From an uncultured cyanobacterium (GTDB lineage: Bacteria; Cyanobacteriota; Cyanobacteriia; Cyanobacteriales; Cyanobacteriaceae), in the NCBI GenBank assembly GCA_963749915.1, contig CAVVOP010000022.1:192001-256000 (forward strand): a DNA stretch of 64,000 bases, read 5' to 3'. Positions within the stretch are counted from its first letter, which is position 1; each line of letters starts with the position of its first letter. Below are positions 33,792-42,934 of this stretch, one piece after another. The translations under genes were made by a program, and so were the position numbers. A model generated the notes under the pieces. The model was not told the DNA's origin, searched no databases, and saw nothing but the letters and a program-made list of their open reading frames with translations.

Positions 33792-34190
33792 CAATTGATC
33801 TTCAAGGGATGCAATACGATGATAAGCCGCTGTTAATTGTGCCGTTAAACGGTATACTTGTTCCTCACAAGGAATATTATCTGACCCCTTATAGTCTGAC
33901 AATTCTGCGTACATAGCCTCATCATCCGTTAAAATATCTTTATGATTATTAAGGCCATGGTTATGTTTACTTAAAACTAGATCGCATAGTGCTGTTTCAC
34001 CATCATTAATTGATTCTAGGTTTTTGTCATGATTAGGAGTGGTTTCTAGGCATTGATTAACTTCCAAATCTGACAGAGAAATATTTTCCATTCCTTCCCA
34101 ATCGATATATTCCGCCAGTTGTTTGACGATGCGATAAAGTTGATTAACTTTAATTTGTAAATGGGCTAATTCTTGTTTTTTTCTGTACAT
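33735..34190 (-). CDS. Hypothetical coiled-coil protein
   Basis: Cyanobacterial-type C-terminal motif QVYRLTAQLTAAYHRIASLEDQLL. Confidence 0.7.
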   Translation of the reverse strand: MYRKKQELAHLQIKVNQLYRIVKQLAEYIDWEGMENISLSDLEVNQCLETTPNHDKNLESINDGETALCDLVLSKHNHGLNNHKDILTDDEAMYAELSDYKGSDNIPCEEQVYRLTAQLTAAYHRIASLEDQLLAARSNEETRHNGFYHVQ

Positions 34191-34485
34191 ATCCAGTTAT
34201 TATCCTTCTATAGTTAGTTAGTTAATTAATCTGTTTATTTTTTCTATTTTCCATGTTAAAGTCTCCGAAAAAATAATCCGCAGTATTACTGATTAATTTA
34301 ACAATTCCCCTCTATCACTGATCTTTTCTTGAAAAGGACAATGAATGAGCCGAGTGACGCATAAACCATAAATTATTACAAGTTTTTTTGATAAAATGAA
34401 AGTCTGAAATGTAATCTGGGGTCTCCACGCTATATATCTTTCTTAGAATAGTCGTGTGTTTTGTCATATATGGAGGTGCAAATTA

Positions 34486-35151
34486 GTGGGATTATCACAT
34501 CAAATAATTGGCGATGGTAGTCAACTACAAAAACAAACAAGTAAAGTGGCCCAAGATGTGTTAAGAATGGGAGCATTAGTGGAGGAGTCGTTTCGATATT
34601 CTCATCAGGCCTTATTTGAAGGTCAATTAGAGTTGGTGGCGATTATTAAAGCAAAAGATCGGGAAATCGATCGCTATTATCGAGAAATTGAAATGCACTG
34701 TGGCAGTATTTTAACTTTACAAGCACCAGTAGCTCAAGATTTGAGGATACTGAGTGCTTTTATGCAACTTGTGCGAGATTTAGAAAGAATTGGAGATTAT
34801 GCTCAAGATTTAGGGGAAATAGCCATTAAACTGGCACTTTATACCCCTCATTCCTGTATGCCTGATTTAGCTATTATGTCGGAACAAGCACAGATAATGT
34901 TAGCGAAAACTATGGTAGCTTTAAGTGAGTTAGATCGTGAAGCAGGAGAGAAAATCAAACTTTTAGATGATACTGTTGATTCCGCTTATGAAAGTCTTTA
35001 TAAAACTTTAGCTTATCAAAGTGATGTAAAAGGAGTAGTTGAACCGATTATATTACTTGCCCTAGCAATTCGTCACCTAGAAAGAATGGCAGATCATGCA
35101 ACCAATATAGCCCAAAGAGTATCATATATCGTCACGGGGCGGCGCAATTGA
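34486..35151 (+). CDS. phoU: Phosphate signalling complex protein PhoU
   Basis: QAPVAQDLR, DLERIGDYA and LERMADHATNIA motifs; GGAGG precedes the GTG at 34486. Confidence 0.94.
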   Translation: MGLSHQIIGDGSQLQKQTSKVAQDVLRMGALVEESFRYSHQALFEGQLELVAIIKAKDREIDRYYREIEMHCGSILTLQAPVAQDLRILSAFMQLVRDLERIGDYAQDLGEIAIKLALYTPHSCMPDLAIMSEQAQIMLAKTMVALSELDREAGEKIKLLDDTVDSAYESLYKTLAYQSDVKGVVEPIILLALAIRHLERMADHATNIAQRVSYIVTGRRN

Positions 35152-35185
35152 CGATGAACAATTAATTATTAACTACCCACTGTTA

Positions 35186-35923
35186 ATGTTCGATTTAAAA
35201 AATAATGCCAGAATTGGAACTTTTTATGGTGTCAGCGTTGGTACAGGCGATCCAGAATTAATTACGGTAAAAGGTTTAAAAATCTTACAAAATACGAGAA
35301 TTATCGCTTTTCCGGCAGGCATTAATCATAAAAAGGGTGTGGCACAAACCATTATTGGAGAATATTTACAACCCCACCAAAAAAAACTCTCCTTATCTTT
35401 TCCCTATACGTTGTCTCAAGAAACTCTTTCCCAAGCTTGGCATTCTGTCAGTATGGAAGTTTGGCAATATTTACGAAAGGGTGAGGATGTGGCTTTTGCC
35501 TGTGAGGGAGATATTAGTTTTTACAGTACTTTTACCTATGTTGCCCTAACCCTGCAAAAAATATGCTCTGCCATTCAAATTGTGAGGATTCCGGGGGTTT
35601 CTTCACCAATGGCGGCGGCCTCGGCTTTAAGTCTGCCATTGACAATGCAAGAGGAAAAATTAGCTATTTTACCTGCACTTTATTCTATCCAAGAGTTAGA
35701 AAATACTTTGGATTGGGCGGACGTTGTGGTGTTAATGAAAGTGGCTTCTGTTTATAACCAAGTATGGAATATTTTGGCAAAAAGAAATTTATGGGATTGT
35801 GCTTATTTGGTAGAAAAAGCGACTAATAATTCCGAAAAAATTTATACTTCTTTAGAAAATTACCCTCAATTAAAACTAAGTTATTTTTCTATCTTAATTA
35901 TTCGTTTTAACAAATTATCTTAG
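35186..35923 (+). CDS. cobI: Precorrin-2 C20-methyltransferase
   Basis: GVSVGTGDPELITVKG, EGDISFYSTF, IPGVSS and VLMK motifs. Confidence 0.88.
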   Translation: MFDLKNNARIGTFYGVSVGTGDPELITVKGLKILQNTRIIAFPAGINHKKGVAQTIIGEYLQPHQKKLSLSFPYTLSQETLSQAWHSVSMEVWQYLRKGEDVAFACEGDISFYSTFTYVALTLQKICSAIQIVRIPGVSSPMAAASALSLPLTMQEEKLAILPALYSIQELENTLDWADVVVLMKVASVYNQVWNILAKRNLWDCAYLVEKATNNSEKIYTSLENYPQLKLSYFSILIIRFNKLS

Positions 35924-36210
35924 GGCTCTTCCAGAGTAGTTATTATAAAAACATATTAAACACCTTAAACACTTAAGTAATAAGGCGTAGTAAACACTTA
36001 ATGGTTTATGAATTTTATATTTAAAGACTTTTTTTATTGATAAAAAATCATTAAGTATCCAGATAAAAATTAAATATGACTCGCATATATGTTTAACTTT
36101 ATTTAAAATTTATGCCAAATTCTTCACCAAAACTTTAAGAAAAAAGCCGTAAAAATTATATTGATCTTAGTAAGATATAAATAAGGTTTAATATCAAAAA
36201 ATATTAGTAT

Positions 36211-36510
36211 ATGTGGGAAAAAAAACAAGATTTAGAATTATTATTATCCTCTTTTAGGGCTTTATCAGATCCTATTAGACTGGAAATATTGGAAATATTA
36301 GGAAATAAAGAAATGTGTGTAGGAGATATTCATACATTATTAAAAATAAAACAACCTAAAGCCTCTTTTCATCTAAGAATATTAAAAGAATCAGGTTTTG
36401 TGAATATTAAACGTCAGGGGCGTTACATCTACTATAGTTTAAATCAAGATCATTTCACTAGATTGAGGGAATATTTAGATAAATATCGAGAAAAACCTGT
36501 TAATCAATAA
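36211..36510 (+). CDS. ArsR/SmtB family transcriptional regulator
   Basis: FRALSDPIRLEIL, EMCVGDI, SFHLRILKESG and RQGRYIYY motifs. Confidence 0.92.
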   Translation: MWEKKQDLELLLSSFRALSDPIRLEILEILGNKEMCVGDIHTLLKIKQPKASFHLRILKESGFVNIKRQGRYIYYSLNQDHFTRLREYLDKYREKPVNQ

Positions 36511-36604
36511 CTGTCATCTTGAAGATATTCGAGCACAAAATTCTACCGATTTTTAGGTTAAACTGCAATATTATCTAAAAAGTCAATTCAAGGATTAACA
36601 GAAG

Positions 36605-37492
36605 ATGTCACGTCAATTAGCTTTTCTCGGTTTAGGGGTAATGGGTAAAGCCATGTATGTAAATTTGCTGAAAAATGGTTGCTCTATTAAAGCATGGAAT
36701 AGAACCACAAATAGTCTTTCTCTTCAATCATTATCCTCGGAATTTCAGTTAAATGTTGTGGATAGTATTTCCGAAGCGGTTAGGGAAGCGGATATAATTT
36801 TTACCTGTTTAGGGGATGTGCCGGATGTAGAGGCGGTAATTTTTAACTCTCAAGGGGTGATGGAGTTTGCACAATCCAATAGTTTAATTGTGGATTTTAG
36901 CACCATTGGCTCACAAGGGGCTCAAAGAATTGCTGAAAGATTACAAACTAAAAATATTCGTTTTTTAGATGCACCTGTTTCTGGGGGTGACATTGGTGCC
37001 CAACAAGGCACTTTAACTATTATGGTAGGGGGACACTTCGCGGATTTTCAAGAATGTGAACCTTACTTTAACATTTTAGGCAAAAATATTACTTATTGTG
37101 GTTCGGTAGGTAGCGGTCAAGGGGTGAAATTATGTAATCAAGTATTAGCCTCACTACATATGATTGGAGTATGTGAAGCCTTAAAATTAGCCGAAAAACA
37201 AGGTATTGATCCTAACCTGATAGTCAAAGTTTGTAGTACGGGAGCGGCTGGTTCTTGGGCTTTAAGTAATTTAGCACCGAAAATTATTGATTCTGACTAT
37301 AATCCGGGTTTTATGATTAAACATATTTTGAAGGATTTACGGTTAGTAGAAGAAACTCTGGGGAAAAATAGTCATTTACCCGGTGTGGAATTGGCACAAA
37401 AATTATTTGAGATAGCGGCACAATTAAATGAAGGTGAGGGTTATAATCTCGGCACTCAAGCTATGATTAAAAGTTATTCTTCCATATTATAA
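36605..37492 (+). CDS. NAD(P)-dependent beta-hydroxyacid dehydrogenase (3-hydroxyisobutyrate dehydrogenase family)
   Basis: FLGLGVMG, DAPVSGG, KLCNQ and KDL motifs. Confidence 0.9.
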   Translation: MSRQLAFLGLGVMGKAMYVNLLKNGCSIKAWNRTTNSLSLQSLSSEFQLNVVDSISEAVREADIIFTCLGDVPDVEAVIFNSQGVMEFAQSNSLIVDFSTIGSQGAQRIAERLQTKNIRFLDAPVSGGDIGAQQGTLTIMVGGHFADFQECEPYFNILGKNITYCGSVGSGQGVKLCNQVLASLHMIGVCEALKLAEKQGIDPNLIVKVCSTGAAGSWALSNLAPKIIDSDYNPGFMIKHILKDLRLVEETLGKNSHLPGVELAQKLFEIAAQLNEGEGYNLGTQAMIKSYSSIL

Positions 37493-37533
37493 CTATTTTT
37501 ATTAAGGGAATAATTTACTAACAATTTAATTAT

Positions 37534-38442
37534 TTATTGTCCATTTTCAATTGCGATAAAAGCAATAAATGCGGCAATTAATTCGCCTAAAATGCTATTA
37601 ATCCGAAATAATGCTATGACTATTAAAACTATTTGAGGGGGCAAAAAAGACTGATTAAAAGTAGCGATAATAGTGGCTTCAAAAATGCCAATTCCGCCAG
37701 GGGCACCAGGTACAATTAAACCTAGTAACCAGGCGAAACTAAACCCGCTTAATATTTGAAAAATTAAGCTCATTTTTACGGAAACAAAAGCTAATAAAAT
37801 TAATAAAAATGCAAATCCTCTTAATAATAAAAAAATAACTTCTCCTAATAATGGTAACAAAGGATATTTAGTTAATTCAGCACTATTATTACTGCTTTTA
37901 CTCTTCGCTAACTTACTTAAAATGGGGTTAATAATTTTAGGATTAATCCCTACTAAAATAATGATAATTATTATTAATTGAAGTAGAAAAATTATGGGAG
38001 AAAACTTAACTTCAATGATGCCAATACTAGCACTCATAACGGTAATTAATAGAGCGGCGATCGCCATTAATAACGGTTCAATGACAACGCTAACCGTAGC
38101 AACGGCTAAATTATCACCTTCGTCCTGAATGGCTTTAACTCTACCGAAAAAATGCCAAATATTACCCGGAAGATATTTACTGATGTTAGTAATCAAATAA
38201 ATTTTGATTGCTTTTAATCCTTGTAATTTAGTTTGAAAAATAGCTAAAATCCATGTCCAAACCCAGGCAGAAAAAGTATGAGCGATAATATTTAAAAATA
38301 AACTTAATCCTAACATCAACCAAGTGAAGTTAGTAAATTTAACTCCGATAACCTCTCGCCAATTATTCTTAAAAGTAGCGATAATAAAAAAGAAAGTTAT
38401 CCCTAAAATTAGCCATCGAAAAAACTTTTTAACTAATTTCAT
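37534..38442 (-). CDS. Lysylphosphatidylglycerol synthase TM-domain (UPF0104) membrane protein
   Basis: KYLPGNIW and PGAPGGIGIFE motifs; multi-pass membrane protein. Confidence 0.82.
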   Translation of the reverse strand: MKLVKKFFRWLILGITFFFIIATFKNNWREVIGVKFTNFTWLMLGLSLFLNIIAHTFSAWVWTWILAIFQTKLQGLKAIKIYLITNISKYLPGNIWHFFGRVKAIQDEGDNLAVATVSVVIEPLLMAIAALLITVMSASIGIIEVKFSPIIFLLQLIIIIIILVGINPKIINPILSKLAKSKSSNNSAELTKYPLLPLLGEVIFLLLRGFAFLLILLAFVSVKMSLIFQILSGFSFAWLLGLIVPGAPGGIGIFEATIIATFNQSFLPPQIVLIVIALFRINSILGELIAAFIAFIAIENGQ

Positions 38443-38451
38443 TAACTGAAC

Positions 38452-38883
38452 TCATTCCCAAAACTTTGATGTTGTGATCAATTGAAAAGAAAAAGAGCCA
38501 ACAATAAAGGCTAAAATGAAGATAATCGGATTAAAACTGAGTTGCACTAGGGAAGTAACGGCAGGTCCGGGACAAAAGCCTGAAATTCCCCAGCCAATGC
38601 CGAAAATCACCGCCCCTAATATTAATTTGGCGTCTATATCGTTGCGGGTGGGAAGGTAAAATTTCTTGTCAAAAATGGGGTGTTTTAAGGGCAAAATAAA
38701 CCTAAAAGTAATTACCGTTACCCCCACCGCACCGCCTAAGACAAACATTAAGGTTATGTCCCATTTTCCCATGACATCAAGAAAACCGATAACTCTCTCT
38801 CTGTCTACCATCTGAGATACGGCTAACCCTAAACCAAATAATAAACCACTGATCAACGCCACTATATTCTGTTTATTATCCAT
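38452..38883 (-). CDS. YeeE/YedE family membrane protein (sulfur transport)
   Basis: GLLFGLGL, GFLD..G.WD and FGIGWGISGFCPGP motifs. Confidence 0.88.
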   Translation of the reverse strand: MDNKQNIVALISGLLFGLGLAVSQMVDRERVIGFLDVMGKWDITLMFVLGGAVGVTVITFRFILPLKHPIFDKKFYLPTRNDIDAKLILGAVIFGIGWGISGFCPGPAVTSLVQLSFNPIIFILAFIVGSFSFQLITTSKFWE

Positions 38884-38885
38884 GC

Positions 38886-39308
38886 TTATCCTAAAATATG
38901 TCTAACTACAAATACCGTGATCATCCCCGATGTTAAAAAACTGATTACTGCTGTAAGCGATCGCACTGATAATCTACCTAAACCACAAACTCCATGTCCA
39001 CTAGTACAACCGTTGCCCATTCTTGTGCCAAAACCCACTAAAAAACCGCCGATAATCATGGTAATTAAGTCGAGGTTATAACTGGGGGTGTTAGGCAAAG
39101 GTAAAAAATACTCATAAATCAAGCCACCGAGTAACATTCCTCCGAGAAAATACCAACGCCATACTTGAGAGGCGGTAAATTCTAATGCACCATTCATCAT
39201 GCCACTAATACCGGCAATTCTACCGTTAAAAGCTAATAAAACAGTGGCACTTATGCCGATTAAGACGCCGCCAATTAAGCCATTTATCCAACTTGATTGT
39301 ATTTCCAT
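38886..39308 (-). CDS. YeeE/YedE family membrane protein (sulfur transport)
   Basis: GRIAGISG and GCTSGHGVCG motifs; ATG at 39308 preferred. Confidence 0.88.
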   Translation of the reverse strand: MEIQSSWINGLIGGVLIGISATVLLAFNGRIAGISGMMNGALEFTASQVWRWYFLGGMLLGGLIYEYFLPLPNTPSYNLDLITMIIGGFLVGFGTRMGNGCTSGHGVCGLGRLSVRSLTAVISFLTSGMITVFVVRHILG

Positions 39309-39343
39309 ATAGTTAATTTTGAAAAGATTTGAAATTGATCCCA

Positions 39344-39374
39344 AATTCTAAATTCTCAATTCTCAATTCTCAAT
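39344..39374. repeat. Heptamer tandem repeat (AATTCTC)-like, STRR type
   Basis: About 4 copies visible between the TRAP solute-binding gene and yeeE. Confidence 0.75.
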
Positions 39375-39380
39375 TATTAC

Positions 39381-40481
39381 CTATTTACCTACCATAAAAT
39401 TAGCGTAACTTAACTCATTAATACTGTTCCATTTGACGATGGCATCTTTAAAGGCTTTCCAAGGTTCATAAATAGCCTTAAAATTAGCATCCTTAGCTGC
39501 GTTACTTTCATAGATATCTAAAGCTACTTTTTGGGCTTCAGTCATAATATCTTGAGGATAAGCCACCAATTTTGTACCCCCTTGAATAATAGTTGTTAAA
39601 GATTTTTGATTGAGGAAATTATATTGTGCTAGCATATTGAGATTCGCTTCCTTTGCCGCTGAGATAAACATATTTTGGTATTCTGAAGGCAGTTTTTCCC
39701 ACGCCAATTTATTCACTAATACATCTAGAGTCGGTCCGGGTTCCCACCATCCGGGATAATAATAATATTGTGCCGCTTTATTTAAACCCAGTTTTTGATC
39801 ATCATAAGGTCCTACCCATTCTGCCGCATCAATAGCACCCCGATCAAGCGCCAAGAAAATTTCCCCGCCGGGTAACACTTGCACATTTACCCCTAGTTTC
39901 GACATAACTTCACTCCCTAATCCAGGAATGCGCATTTTTAAGCCTTTCAAATCAGCAAGGGATTTTACCTCTTTTTTAAACCATCCCCCCATCTGTGCCC
40001 CTGTATTCCCAGCAGGAAAGTTGATAATATTAAAGTCGGCGTAAACTTTTTGCATGGCTTCTAATCCCCCCCCATGATATAACCATGCGTTTTGTTGTTC
40101 TGCCGTTAAGCCAAAAGGCACGGATGTCCCAAAAGCGAGGGCAGGGTTTTTGCCAATATAATAATAACTTGCCGTGTGTCCACACTCAACGGTGCCATTT
40201 TGTACCGTGTCTAACACTTCTAACCCCGGTACAATTTCCCCTGCGGCATAGGGAGTGACGGTGAATTTTCCGCCACTCATGGCTTTAAGGCGATCGCATA
40301 CTGTTTGTGCACCTCCAAAGATAGTATCTAAAGATTTAGGCCAACTGGTCACCATACGCCATTTGATTTCAGGGAGACTGTTAGCGGTGACGGTGGAATT
40401 ATTTTGACTTTGACAAGAGACTAAAGTGGCAGAAGTTACAGCGCTAATACCAGCACTGGTTAAAAATTGTCTTCTTTGCAT
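39381..40481 (-). CDS. TRAP transporter substrate-binding protein (DctP/TakP-like) with Tat/lipoprotein signal
   Basis: RRQFL Tat motif, lipobox LVSC, QMGGWF, LKMRIPG and AAEWVGPYDD. Confidence 0.9.
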   Translation of the reverse strand: MQRRQFLTSAGISAVTSATLVSCQSQNNSTVTANSLPEIKWRMVTSWPKSLDTIFGGAQTVCDRLKAMSGGKFTVTPYAAGEIVPGLEVLDTVQNGTVECGHTASYYYIGKNPALAFGTSVPFGLTAEQQNAWLYHGGGLEAMQKVYADFNIINFPAGNTGAQMGGWFKKEVKSLADLKGLKMRIPGLGSEVMSKLGVNVQVLPGGEIFLALDRGAIDAAEWVGPYDDQKLGLNKAAQYYYYPGWWEPGPTLDVLVNKLAWEKLPSEYQNMFISAAKEANLNMLAQYNFLNQKSLTTIIQGGTKLVAYPQDIMTEAQKVALDIYESNAAKDANFKAIYEPWKAFKDAIVKWNSINELSYANFMVGK

Positions 40482-40746
40482 TAATTTTCTTTTCTATATA
40501 TGGATAAATTTTTCTGAATTTAACTATTAATTTAACTATTTAATGTTTTTTTAAAAGACGCAAAAAAATAAGAGTTTTTTATTTTTAAGCTTATTTTCTA
40601 CTAAAAATATTCTACAGGAATTAAGGTGTGCAGTGCGTCTTTCTACATAAATTGTTAAATATTTAATTACTTATTTCTAATTACACCTCGTTCACCGATT
40701 TCAAAATTAGTTAGGAAAATTAGGTATAGTTCTGCTTCTCCTAGTA

Positions 40747-40818
40747 AATTAACGCCCAAGCTCACCGGCGGCAATCGAGCGCAGCGGAATTGCCGTCCGG
40801 TGCAGCGCCTTGTTATGT
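40747..40818 (-). other. Integron attC recombination site (72 bp)
   Basis: Minus strand reads ACATAAC-AAGGC-GCTGCACC-GGACGGCAAT..ATTGCCGCC-GGTGAGC-TTGGGC-GTTAATT. The R'', L'', L' and R' boxes and two extrahelical bases are present. It is a GC-rich island overlapping the gene's TAA stop. Confidence 0.92.
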
Positions 40819-42876
40819 GTTTTCTGCATATTTTATTGATAACTCATCTTCAAAATCGAAGGTTGTCAGAGCTTGCTTAATTCTGTCAAATTTGCCCATA
40901 TTGTCAATGTTTGCTTCAATGAAATAAGTGTCATTTATTGGAACTGCTTGTCTTAATCCCTTTTCTCTTGGATTCTTTGTCAAACTAATTCGCTCACCCA
41001 AGTCGGATGTGAAAAATGTTTCAGGTTGAAGCTCAAAAAGCTGTTTAAAGACTTCCACATAAAGTTTCGCTACTTGATTAACTTCAATTTTTTGGTCAAA
41101 GAAAATGGCATACTCCAATTTTTTATGTTTTGGATCGTCAGCTTCAAATATATTTAGTTCTCCATTGTCTCCGTTTGTTTCAATCTCTATTTGAGGGTAT
41201 TCCCATATTTTCAAGAATCGTTCTGAAATCAAGTCAAAGCGTCTTTCAATTTCTGTCTTGTCCCATTTGTCGAGGATTGAAAGGTATTTGTTAATCCATA
41301 ATCGGCTGTCTTTATATCCCGCTCCGTCTAAGTCTCTTTTATGAATAAATGGTTTATTTCCGAGTTTGCTATTATTACCCGATAAAGTCAGATTGCCAAT
41401 GGTGTTCAGATAATTTTCTTTGATAAAGATGTATTCGTCATTGCCCAATTCCATTTTCCATTTTGGGTCAGGATTCTGAGGAAAGATGTGTTCAATTGTA
41501 ATATCTGGATTTCCTTCAATGGCTACTCTCTCTCTATTTTCATAGTTCTCAAGTCTTTCAAGTAGATAAATCCTATTCTTAGATTTAATGTTGTAAACGT
41601 CTTTAACCTTTAGAGCGTCAATAACTTCTGCATTCTTTGGAAAACGCTGAACACCTGACCTTTGTAGTAATGATTTTTGAATTGAATAAAGATAATTGTC
41701 CGACTCTACTTTGTCGTAGAGGCTCATGAATATCTTGTTCAGGGCATTAGTTGGTAAACCAAGAATAAATCTTCTCCATGTAAATGACTGGATTAAGTCA
41801 AGGACTTTTAAAAAAGTGGGTTTATCAATAATTGATGAAACAAAATCATCATATACTTTCATCAGGAAAGGGAAAGCAACATTAATCTCAAGGCGGTTGA
41901 TATACTCCAATTGTAGGCGTATATCTTTGTCAGGCTCATTTTTGGGATTAATCAATTTGTTATAGTGTTTGACCAGTCCTTTTATTCCTGTCAGATTACT
42001 TTCAAGTTCGTCTATTGATGTTGTCGGGTATTTTGTTTTAAACTCAAGATACACTTTTCCCTTATTGGGTATTTTTTTGTTCTCTAAAGTCAGATAGTCA
42101 CGGATATAGTCGGAAACTCGGCTAACATTAAGAGTTTCGTCCTTTGCAAGCTTTTCAATGACTTCCCAATAGTTTTGATAAATGTTGTTTTGGTCTCTGC
42201 GGTTCAGACCCATCAAGATATAATTTCGGATTAAGTCTGCCTGAGACAATTCTAAGCCTGTTGAATTAAGGCTTTCAAAAATTCTTTGAGGATCGTCTTT
42301 TTCTCTGTCAAGTGAAATTTCAACAAACATGAGCTTTGAAAGACCTTTCAAGATGAATTGATAATTTTCTTCAGTAATTCTTCCCTTGAAGTAATTGAAG
42401 TTGTCAACGAGCTTGGAGAAATCAGGGAAATCTTCATTATCGTCACTTCTTAAAAGATATTTCAACGCCTTATCATTATTCTCAGTAGGTCTTAGTTTCA
42501 GCTTTTCTTCTTCTGGGACAAATTTGTTTATTAGGTATGTTTCGCTTATTTCATTTACAAGCTCTTCGTCTTTTAATTCTTTAGCAAGCCTGTGAAGAAC
42601 CAAGTAGATGAGTGTTAGTGTTGTCAATCTTTGTTGACCGTCAATCACCGTCAATTCTTTAATTCTTGAAGCTGTGTAAACATCATCATGAACATAAACT
42701 ATGCTACCGATAAAGTGAGCATTCATTTCGTTATTTGTGCCGACTTCAAGAATGTCGTCAAGTAGCTGTTTACATTGCCCTATTGACCAATCATAATTTC
42801 TTTGGTAAACAGGAATTACGAACTGAGTCTTATTTGATGATAAAAAGTCTTCTACTTTGGTTTCGTTTGCTTTCAA
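40813..42876 (-). CDS. GmrSD-like DUF262 + DUF1524 (HNH) putative modification-dependent restriction endonuclease, cassette-borne
   Basis: IPVYQRNYDW, VIDGQQRLTT and IFESLNSTG (DUF262); TIEHIFPQ..IGNLTL..NSKLGN (DUF1524). The TTG start at 42876 follows AGGA and lies inside the cassette boundary. Confidence 0.88.
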   Translation of the reverse strand: MKANETKVEDFLSSNKTQFVIPVYQRNYDWSIGQCKQLLDDILEVGTNNEMNAHFIGSIVYVHDDVYTASRIKELTVIDGQQRLTTLTLIYLVLHRLAKELKDEELVNEISETYLINKFVPEEEKLKLRPTENNDKALKYLLRSDDNEDFPDFSKLVDNFNYFKGRITEENYQFILKGLSKLMFVEISLDREKDDPQRIFESLNSTGLELSQADLIRNYILMGLNRRDQNNIYQNYWEVIEKLAKDETLNVSRVSDYIRDYLTLENKKIPNKGKVYLEFKTKYPTTSIDELESNLTGIKGLVKHYNKLINPKNEPDKDIRLQLEYINRLEINVAFPFLMKVYDDFVSSIIDKPTFLKVLDLIQSFTWRRFILGLPTNALNKIFMSLYDKVESDNYLYSIQKSLLQRSGVQRFPKNAEVIDALKVKDVYNIKSKNRIYLLERLENYENRERVAIEGNPDITIEHIFPQNPDPKWKMELGNDEYIFIKENYLNTIGNLTLSGNNSKLGNKPFIHKRDLDGAGYKDSRLWINKYLSILDKWDKTEIERRFDLISERFLKIWEYPQIEIETNGDNGELNIFEADDPKHKKLEYAIFFDQKIEVNQVAKLYVEVFKQLFELQPETFFTSDLGERISLTKNPREKGLRQAVPINDTYFIEANIDNMGKFDRIKQALTTFDFEDELSIKYAENT

Positions 42877-42896
42877 TTCTTTAATTCCTGTTTTCG

Positions 42897-42934
42897 ACAC
42901 ATAACTTATAATTGTACCGCAAGTGCAGTATAAC
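42897..42934 (-). other. Cassette 5' core site and attI-like region
   Basis: Minus strand GTTATAC-TGCACTTGCG-GTACAAT-TATAA-G|TTATGTGT. GTTATGTGT is the exact complement of the attC R'' end ACACATAAC. Confidence 0.65.

Noticed and set aside
40753..42904. Absence of HIP1 sites in the cassette as evidence of foreign origin
   Set aside because: HIP1 is sparse across the whole window, so a 2-kb gap is uninformative.
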